Part shown: piece after piece, positions 54,476 to 64,000 of the stretch
How the letters are laid out: each line of letters begins with the position of its first letter
Position numbering within the stretch: position 1 is the first letter of the stretch
NCBI GenBank assembly: GCA_053919585.1
Contig: CM132783.1
Length of the DNA stretch: 64,000 bases
Strand: one strand, 5' to 3'
Source: Euprymna scolopes
Taxonomy: Eukaryota
Position numbers and translations under genes: made by a program
Notes under the pieces: model-generated
What the model was told of the DNA's origin: nothing
The model's input: only the letters and a program-made list of their open reading frames with translations
Database searches by the model: none

Positions 54476-55982
54476 GTTTAACAACAAACTGCATAGTTTA
54501 AAAAAAAATTCTCAGTAACATCAGGTAGATACAGCTAATATAAATGCAAACACCTATGTGTAGTGCATACAGATATGCATGCTATAATAAAACTACAAGA
54601 CCGTGCGTCCCAAGACGGATACAATTCTCAGAACAGAACAATATTGAGCCACTTTTATGTGACCTTACAAAAATTAAAATCAAGATGCAGTAAGTAAAAT
54701 CTCATTTCACGAACGTCTTGGAACTGAAACAATTCAAATTTTGAACAAAATTTCCAAGCAGAAAATACCTCGATGTTCTAATAAAATTTCGATTCCCGAA
54801 CCACGCCCACTGCAATTGAAACATACAGTCAAATGACACGTTTACAGTTCTGTGAAGAATTGCTACTTACTTTTTTTTTTTTATTCAAATCTTTTTTTTT
54901 TTTTTTTTTTAATCAATCTGGGTTGTTCTCTTCTAATCCGGGGCTTTTTCATAGCAACTATATTTTTAACACCTGCTAAGATTTAAAATAAAATATTTTA
55001 GAATGTGTAGTAAAATGGTAAAATATCTACTAAAAATAATCTTAATTTATAAAAAGAAAAGTTCAATGAATATGTTTTTATGAAATGAGATTTTATATTA
55101 TACATTATAGTTAATGTTTCAAACAATAATATAACTGATGATTAATAATTTGGTATATTAACCTATTAACACCTAAAAAGAGCCTATATATAAGAATTAA
55201 TGAATTAATCTCTCTTACATTATTTTTTTAATAGGAAAATATGCTTCGGTTTTAGAATTCAGATTTAGAAGAGCAGAATGAATTATGTTCGGCAACAGAG
55301 GTTCTATTGTATAATGATAGTAAACCTTAGGTCTAAAATCTTTACATCAAATATAGCACACACTATGACCCCTTTCGTCTGACATCTGTATTCCAAAATT
55401 CATAATCGGTTAATTAGTTTAAGAGTCAATGCCATGCATACATATATAAACATGTACACATACCTAATTTTATGTAAATAGTTTTTAGTAAAAACTAATT
55501 TTTGTTCAATGTGTGTGTATAAAGAATCGTTATATTTTCATCCAAAATGGCAAAGTGTTTAATGTTTTTTGACAAGAACGTACACGAAAATAACTTGGAA
55601 AAAATTAAATTCGTATAATTGAGGAAAATGTCTACACTGATTTTGTTTTCCAAGAAATTGAATTCATTTTTTTGAAAATGTCTAGCAGTGCATGAAATAT
55701 CTTTAATATTAGAAAAAAAAACTTCAAACATTAATATTAAAAAGTTAAAATGAAAATTGAATTTGTCATCTACATGAATATAAATCTACATAGCGTTTTC
55801 TTTTGCATGCAATTTATAGAAAAAATAGTTTTCCAATAATGGTCAGAATTTTTATAATGATACGCTGCTGCCAAAAATAAAGTGGCAACATTTACAGTTA
55901 TTGAATAATGTGTCCCCTTGCTTGAATAACCGAATTCTGTCTTGTTGGGCATCTTTTTTTAAAGTTTAAAAGTTAAACTTTA

Positions 55983-56117
55983 NNNNNNNNNNNNNNNNNN
56001 NNNNNNNNNNNNNNNNNNNNNNNNNNNNNNNNNNNNNNNNNNNNNNNNNNNNNNNNNNNNNNNNNNNNNNNNNNNNNNNNNNNNNNNNNNNNNNNNNNNN
56101 NNNNNNNNNNNNNNNNN
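55983..56117. other. Assembly gap
   Basis: Run of N. Confidence 1.
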
Positions 56118-56161
56118 TATGTGTCCATCAACGTTTCGTCTTTATTTCGAGACTTCCTCTG

Positions 56162-56210
<49 letters not shown>

Positions 56211-56362
56211 GGTCTGTCTGCATATCTACGTTTGCTTTTTTGTTTTTATTTATTAATCCTAATATTTTTTGGTACTTACACAGAGAAGGTGCCGTATTAT
56301 TTTTATACTATTTTCAAATTAAATTCAAGTTTTACGGTATCATTTGTCACGTAAAAGTACAA

Positions 56363-56740
56363 CCCCCCTTTCTATGTTAAGAATGGGGTTCTAAATCCTA
56401 ACGTTATTATTTCAGCATGGTACCTTCTCAGCATTGAATTAATTGAAATTAAACATCCAATAACAAAATAAAACACCATTTTAAAAATTCTATTTAAATA
56501 AATCATTTTATAAAATTCAATTCATCAGAATGCATTTGGTTTCTATGTAAACAAGTAAAAAAATAGAGTGTCAACCTTTAAAGGCAGTTATTGAATAATG
56601 TGCACCTTTGTTTGAATAATCGGATTCTTTTGTGTCCAACATTTTCTGGGGGTATTTTTTTTTTTGTTAAAATGGTACTTATGTAAAATATGGACCTTGC
56701 TAAAATGTTATTTAGAAACTCATTCTTAACATGGGGAGGG
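56363..56740. mobile_element. MITE with ~30-bp TIRs
   Basis: CCCCCTTTCTATGTTAAGAATGGGGTTCTAAA versus TTTAGAAACTCATTCTTAACATGGGGAGGG; internal block also present at 55870-55955. Confidence 0.6.
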
Positions 56741-59169
56741 CGTTTTTTTTTTTATTGATTCTGTACTTTCACTCTATAATTTAATAAACAAAAGATACCA
56801 CAAAAACCGAATTTAACTTGAAAATCATATCGAAAACAAATAGCACTGTCTGTATTTTGTCTCAATGCCATACAAATTTAGTATTTCATTTCTATACCTA
56901 TAAAAGTTAAAAATATGCCAGTCTCTGAAAAGGTTCATACTACCAGGGACTCTGTTAGATTGCAACACAATTCAAAATGTTATGGTGCTCATGTTCATTG
57001 TTGTAGTGCTTTTTAAAAAAAAGCCATGTCAAAGGAAATATTTGCCATCGTGGTTACATATCTAAAAGTGAAAGGGAGAAAAATACCCCTTTTTCATTGC
57101 AATAAGACTGGATATATATTGGTTGCTGTAGAATCAAAATGACACGACAGAAAGGTTCCAAATAGTTTCCAATTGACAGAAAATCTCTTGTTTGAATGAA
57201 GCAATATTTATACACTAAACTGTCCATTCATGAACCAGCAACCAATCAAAACTCAGAATAAACGTGCCCATCTAAGCATAATGGAACATTCTGGCCTTAA
57301 TATAAACCAGCATTTTATTGTTATTGGCAGTTTTACTTAGTTACAAACAGTCTTTCTTGTACAGTCTTGCTTAAAAATAAGAGATGCCATTCTTACCATG
57401 ATGACGATTCAATCTCGGCAGTCAGTCCAATAGAAGTGGGCTATTATGATTGATGGTTATCTTTCTTCTTAGTCCAAGGTGGAGTTCATCCTCCTAGGCT
57501 TTGCTTCCCCTCTTTAGAATGGTGTTAGGTTATTGCTAGCTGGTTTAGGCACTCCAATCATTTTTGCAAAGTCAGAGTGTTACTTTTTCTGTGCTGGCAC
57601 ATCATATCCCATTTTCCGAGCCTGTGTCACATCTTTCTGTGATGGGAAGGTAAATAATCAGTTTACTTAGTTATTTAACTGATCATGAAGTTGAACAGTG
57701 ACTACTAAATTTTCTAGTTGGGTTAATTAATTTTACATGATTTTGCTATGAACCACATGTTGGTTTTAAATATTTAGATAAACAAATTAGCTAGTACATA
57801 TATCAAAAGGGTAAGATATGGGACTTAAGGATGGAAAATATTATATACAAAAGATCAGAAAGTCAACAGTGACTTAAAATAAAAATCGTGAGAACAGAAG
57901 CAGGAATATAATAATGGGGAAGTGACATAGGAAAAAGATCTCAGTCTAAATAAAAAGTGATTAAAAATTATGTAATTATAATTTAATATGGGCAAATTAA
58001 CTTATAACTTGAAAAGTTTTACACTTAATAATTACTTATCTATCTCTTCACCCATGATTTAATCATGGCTGTAATGCAACTAAGCAGCAATTGTGCAGTT
58101 AATTAACTCCCTTTTAAATTAAGCATTAATGTGACTCAATAAACCTTTTGTTTACTCGATTATGAAAGTCGAATTGTTTTGTCTGCTCTTTAAAAGCAAT
58201 GAGTATCTGACGACTTTGATTTTCGGCTCTTTTAAACCTAAAACACATCACAGAGATAAAACATACACAGCAAAGATGCCATAAGAGAATACAGATATGA
58301 TTAGTTAATTGCTACATTAAATATATCAGAGCTTGATATGCCTATATCAGATTAATTAAGGACTGAATGATTAATATCCGAAAAATACAGTGTTTGGAAA
58401 TAACTTTGGGATTATATTCTAGAAGTGTATATATGTCTGGAAATGCTAATTTTCTGATATATATTCTATTGGAATAAATAGTGGTTATCTAATATGTGCA
58501 CTTATTTCCACATATGAGATAGATAAATACTATTGCTATGATAGGATCACGGGTAAAGTAAAACTGGGTCTGGTGTTGCATTATTTACCAACAAAATTAT
58601 GAAAAGAAATGGCATAGCAAAATACAAATAATGCTAGGCTCAAAAGTAACACCTGAACATGATCAGCAGGCGAGGTCAACATGAGAGATCTTAGTATTTT
58701 CCGAATGTTGACCTATGAAGTAACAGAATACAACAAATCAAATACAAGTCAATAAACATAATCAGCATGAACCGTGTAGAGAAAGAAACGAAATTTGATT
58801 AATACAAAACATTGTTCTTTTACATATTTCTGCATATCTAAAACACAAAGTATGTGTGAGATGTTCGTGCGTTTCCTATAGAAAGAACCGTTAGAGAATC
58901 TACATAAAACATGACTGTATTCTCATATAAAATGTACCAGGGAAGACAATGGAAGTGTTCCATAATCTATAAGTGCACACCCAGGGCTAGCATGATGGCA
59001 TAAGCTCCTCAAAACTTCAAATATATCCAATTTTTATGAAATTTAAATTATATGTTTAACATTTTCTAGGAAACAAAATGGAAGTAGTCACCAAATCTCT
59101 AATTGCTCTCCTAAGCTAAAGAAGCTATGGAGAGCAAGCCTTCCTTTAAAACTTCAAAATTTATATATA

Positions 59170-59922
59170 TGTAATATAAAGCTGAACATCTGTGTGTGTG
59201 TCTGGTCACGAATAGGCTCCTATATTGTTGACTATTATAGAAAACTGATCACATATAATGATAGAAGATTATCGAGACACAGGAATGGGTATGTTTGATC
59301 TGGCATAATGATTCATTAAAATTGTGTGGTCTGCGTACGCGCCTGGTCCACAAAGTATGGAAATAAAAAATTTAAAAATTAAAAAAAAAAAAACGTTTAC
59401 AAGTGTTTTTGATATTGATGTACATAATACTTTGATAAGTATGTTTTAACTTAAATAGGGATCGTATAATAAAATTTTGGGGTCTGCGTTCGCGCCTGGC
59501 CTCCATAGAATGAAAACAGGCACAAACTTTAATAAAGACTTTTCATATCTATCTGCGTAAGTATACTTTGATAATTATGTTTTTGTTTGAAGAAATATGG
59601 TATAATAAAATTATGGGGTGTTTGTTCGCGCTTGACCTCCATAGAATAGAAATATGTCACAAAGTTTAACAAGTTTTTTTTTTAATATAGATCCACAGAA
59701 TATTGTGATAAGTGTTTCAGTGTGAATAGGTATGGTATAATAAATCATGGGGTTTATCTATTTTATTTTTACTTTCATCATATTTTGCTTTGGTTCTGAT
59801 ACCCCCAAATTCAACCCAAATTTACAACCCTTCCTTTTCATAACCTATCATACTTTCATAAATCAGAGTCCATTTTCTGTAGGCTGTTTTTGAACCCAGT
59901 CAACGACGGGTACTTTTGCTAG
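59170..59922 (+). mobile_element. Non-autonomous Helitron, same family as 62-2063
   Basis: 3' CCCAGTCAACGACGGG-TACTTTTG-CTAG|T (59919-59922); inserted in TA repeats inside another repeat. Confidence 0.8.
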
Positions 59923-60288
59923 TATATATATATAAGAGAAAGAAAATTAAAACTAAGTTGAAATTTACAATCAAAATTTATTGTTTTATTCTTATTATTA
60001 TTCTCATCAGATGAGATAAATAATAAGAATAGCATCTTTGAAACTCCGTGGAATAAGGAATTTGTAAATTGTTTTATGGAATATTCAGTTGAACAATAAA
60101 TTTTGATTGTAAAGTTAAACTTACAGTTTTAATTTTCTTTCTCTTATAATAAGCTCTACTCTCTATTGCGTATTGAGCTTTTTTTCATTCGGTTGGGATT
60201 AAATTTTCTATATATAAATACTGTTATTTATATTAGTTTGAAGTTTACCATTGCATATATTAGGTAAACACTACATCCCTTTCTTTTC

Positions 60289-60340
<52 letters not shown>

Positions 60341-61071
60341 ATTTCTTTGGAAAGATAATGGAAGTGTTCCTGAATCTATATGCCTCCACTTCTGTGTGAT
60401 CCATTACAAAGTCAAATAAATCGGATTTTAACATGCTATTTCAGAGAGATTTCCAACATTTCAGCTTTTTCTGAGGAAATGGACAATAAAGAAAAAAAGA
60501 GAGTAATATGGTGTTATGAGCATAGTAAAAAACGGACATGCTAGTGATCTTTATTCAATCTCTAGAAACGTTAGGTTTTCTTGCTAGTATATATAGAAAC
60601 CCTACTTATCAAGTTGAGCATTGCTGTCAATAACACCACCTACTATTATTTAAAATATTTAGAATAATGCAAAGCTCTTAGTAAATGAACAAATGAAGCA
60701 CTGTCTAGTAGCGATCAATATTTATATAAAAACAATGAAATATCATTTACCAGTAACACCTGCGCTGTGATCTAGTAGTTAGAACTGCCGACTAAATGAC
60801 TGTAGGCTCTATCTCTGTATTGGATGGGTGCTAGTCTTGCCACACTGAAGAGATATGATACAACAAAATAGTTTATCTGTAGGAGACTCTCTCTCATATA
60901 TATATATATATATGTTGTTTGTTTTGATTTTAGCGATATGTTTTGAATGAATTCAATTATTTACGAAAGCGCATTTTTACCTAAATGCGAGCTGGGAATA
61001 ATTTTCCCTTTAACCAATTTGGTACCCCCACATGGGGAGCGGTATATATATTATTTTTAAAATGTAATTAT

Positions 61072-61112
61072 CCACCGACACGTGTTTCGTCGTCTACGAC
61101 TCATCAGAGTGG
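61072..61112 (-). ncRNA. Minimal type I hammerhead ribozyme (minus strand)
   Basis: Minus: CCACT-CTGATGA-GTCG-TAGA-CGAC-GAAAC-ACGT-GTC|GGTGG; all core nucleotides intact; predicted cut between 61077 and 61076. Confidence 0.88.
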
Positions 61113-61122
61113 CTGAATATAG

Positions 61123-61161
61123 CACTCTGATGAGTCGTAGACGACGAAACACGTGTCAGTG
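61123..61161 (+). ncRNA. Minimal type I hammerhead ribozyme (plus strand)
   Basis: CACT-CTGATGA-GTCG-TAGA-CGAC-GAAAC-ACGT-GTC|AGTG; stems I, II and III pair; predicted cut after 61157. Confidence 0.9.
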
Positions 61162-61186
61162 GATAATTACATTTTAAAAATTATAT

Positions 61187-61553
61187 TAGTGATGGGACGA
61201 TTCCAATATTTTTCCTGATTTCATACAATTACCGATTCTGATTCTTTACAAATCTCTAAATATTTAACAATAGAGTTTTTTTTCGCTTCCTGTAAAAACA
61301 CATAAAATGTACATATATTTTTGCAGATGTAAAAACATACTTGTGTGTGTGTGGGGGGGCATCTATAGTTTTAATGGTAGTTTAAAATAAATACATATTT
61401 ATTATATCATCATTAGTTATCAACAATGGGAGGCTTTATTTTAAAACAAAATCAAAAGAATCGTTTTGAAATTGGAAAATAAGCAAAATTTTTCCGATTA
61501 CAATACCCCCAAAAGTTCCGATTTTCCAGTTCCAATTAATCGTCCCAACACTT
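61187..61553. mobile_element. hAT-like MITE
   Basis: TIRs TAGTGATGGGACGATT / AATCGTCCCAACACTT; subterminal CCGATT repeats. Confidence 0.65.
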
Positions 61554-61739
61554 TATATATATATTATATAATTAAATAAAAATTATATAATTATATAAAC
61601 AATATAAGGAGACAACACAGATTGATCAACATTTCAACATCTCTACACACATATTGAGCACTTCTGAAAAAAAATATTGGTTTCGAGTTAATATTAACAA
61701 TATAATAAAAACAGGCTTCTTCAGTATTTGACAAACTAT

Positions 61740-62010
61740 GGATACCAACGAAGAGGTGCCTGTGTATGAATTTTTCTGTGGCGGGAGGTGCGCAATCTCC
61801 AACCACTCCTCTCCTGACTCAACATTGTTAAATACCAGTGGCAAGTGAAGTGTCTGTATAGGACGACGGGAAACAAATGTCAAGATAAGTGGAGAGTAGA
61901 TACAACGCCTAGAATTCCCAAATAGTCACCCATCTGGTACTAACCAGGCTCAACATTGCTTAACTTCGGTGATCTGATGAAAACCGATGTGTCAATGCGA
62001 TTTTGCCGTA
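61740..62010 (-). mobile_element. 5S rRNA-derived SINE (SINE3-like) or 5S pseudogene with tail
   Basis: Minus 62010-61902 reads TACGGC...GATCACCGAAGTTAAGCAA...CTGGTTAGTAC...GATGGGTGAC...TGGGAAT...GTTGT, a diverged 5S rRNA, followed by ~160 bp of non-5S body. Confidence 0.75.
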
Positions 62011-62989
62011 TATATATATATATTAAAAATATACTTTAACTTAATATATACACACTCATACATAGAGAGAGAGATGCAGAGTGAAATATATGATTGATGA
62101 TGGACACGCACACATATAAAATATTACACACAAAATCAGTAAAATATATTTTAAAAGATTTGATTTTGATAAACATTTATTCTAGGATGCTAATTCTGTG
62201 GCCCACCTGGAATATAAATTGTGAAGCTTCTATCTAAAAACAGAGAAAGTAATATGCTATGAGTTTAATGAAAAAACACACACACATAATCCTCATTTAA
62301 TCCCGAGCAACGTCGGGTGTTAGTAAAACATAATCCTGAAGTTATGCCATCGATTTTACAAAGAGACTGCATATTTTTCATTAATAGAATGAATCTAGAG
62401 ATTCTCTTGAGATAAGAAAAAAAACATATATATTGGGTAGGATGAGTGGATTTTCCTGAAGAGATCATGACACGTATACGAAGCTGGAACAAACAAATGA
62501 CTTTGCAAATAAAAAAACGAAATGATCAAATACTCTGCATCTCTTTTCCCTTCGTATCATCACGAGCAAACTAATTTTATAGAAGATTGTGGTTTTATTT
62601 TTTCTTCTTTTTTTTAATATACGTCCAAGTTTATATTATAAGGCTATAATAAAATGATGACCTGCGACTCAACTCACAAGGTAGAGACGTGATCACTTCC
62701 ATAAATGCAATAAATAGAAGTTACTGTGCGATATTACTGAATTGATAAAAGTATTACAATTCATTCTCTTTCATCAGCTTCATTATAGTCTTACGTCCAA
62801 ATCATATTGGAAAATTAGTTCTCGTTGGACGATTAATGCTGTAGGATAACCTGGGGTGAAGTGAGCCACCCGGAGTGGTTTTGATGATTATATTATGCAT
62901 AGTTTAGACAATTATCTGATCATCCCATTCCCAAACAAAACTCTGCCAATGTAGAATATTCCAGGTTTGACGGTGTTCGAAAATTGTAT

Positions 62990-63290
62990 AAGTTTGTTCT
63001 ATATTTCGTTTTATCTGCACTATTCGGACTACTGCTCTCATCTGAAGTTTTGTTTTCACAACATTCCGATCGATGTAACCTCCGACCTTCTTCAGGCTTT
63101 TCTTGGGGAATCTGCATAAAATTTCCATAAGAACCTTTTATTTAATCCACGGGGGCAACCTGCTCTCCTTCCATCAGACATGACCGAGTAAAGTCTTAAG
63201 TATGTTATACCCGAGACATAAGAATTAAAGGCTGATTTATAGCAGACATCCTAACCGAGTTCTACAGTGAGGTTTTTGTCTAAATTGCAT
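62990..63290 (-). mobile_element. Short Penelope-like non-autonomous element with degenerate HHR core
   Basis: Minus CCTGAAGA-AGGTCGGAGGTTACATCGATC-GGAAT-GTTGTG; CCCCGTGGATTAAAT block shared with 31311-31325. Confidence 0.5.
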
Positions 63291-63678
63291 TTAATTTTCT
63301 GTGTGTTTATTGGTACAGTTAAGGAAACAGAGTACCGATGTTAGAGAAAATAAGCTATTAGAGTAAAAAACCCTTTCAGCATTTCGGGACCTCTTTTTCA
63401 CCAATTCAAGTGATATATTTATCTTTGTCAGCTCATTCCACTTTTCTAAGAAACTACTGAGCCGATATGGCTGAAACTTGTATCGACCTTTAATGTGCAA
63501 CGAACAAAGTATGGACTATGGATTTGATGGACAGTTAGGAATTAACAAGGATTAATAGGAATTAGTAGTTATTGCAAAAATGAGTACAATTTTAACCATA
63601 TTCAACTATCAATTTGGGATAAAGCATTCTTTTTAAGTCAAGCTATAACTTTTGTCTGTTTTAGTGGGCTAAAAAGTC

Positions 63679-63709
<31 letters not shown>

Positions 63710-64000
63710 TACTATTTCATTTAATCACATAAATTTATATAAGATATCATTTTATGTGTAAATTTTCAGTATTTACTTCAATACATAAGTAGAGCTAGGT
63801 AGTAAGTTATGAAAATATATATGGTAATCAAGCTAGACAGAATATTCCGTGTTTCATCTTCGTGAGAATTCGTCAGGCTTATGAGAAGATTTGTGGTTAT
63901 TGCGCATTTTTATATAAGCACATGGTATTGAATTTGCTAGTAAGCCGATCAGCTTTTTAGTTGTAACCAGCCAATGGTCGGGCACTTACAGGACAAAGGT

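Overview
AT-rich eukaryotic (invertebrate-type) genomic DNA made almost entirely of transposable-element debris and simple repeats, with one assembly gap (N 55983-56117). I found no intact host protein-coding gene; the ORF track is either spurious or pieces of decayed TE ORFs. Recognisable components are: LINE RT fragments (four copies of one family, plus RTE-type pieces), a decayed CsRn1-type Gypsy LTR element with both LTRs, a second Gypsy integrase remnant, Tc1/mariner fragments and MITEs, two hAT-like elements with 8-bp TSDs, many non-autonomous Helitrons (including head-to-tail chains of different members), a Penelope-like GIY-YIG remnant with an inverted pLTR, tRNA- and 5S-derived SINEs, and a 185-copy 26-bp satellite inside a local tandem duplication. 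The most striking signal is a set of hammerhead-ribozyme (HHR) motifs. The best case is a 129-bp near-perfect palindrome at 61053-61181 that encodes an intact minimal type I hammerhead on each strand, back to back. Several other head-to-head inverted elements carry degenerate HHR cores. All coordinates were read by eye and TE boundaries are approximate.
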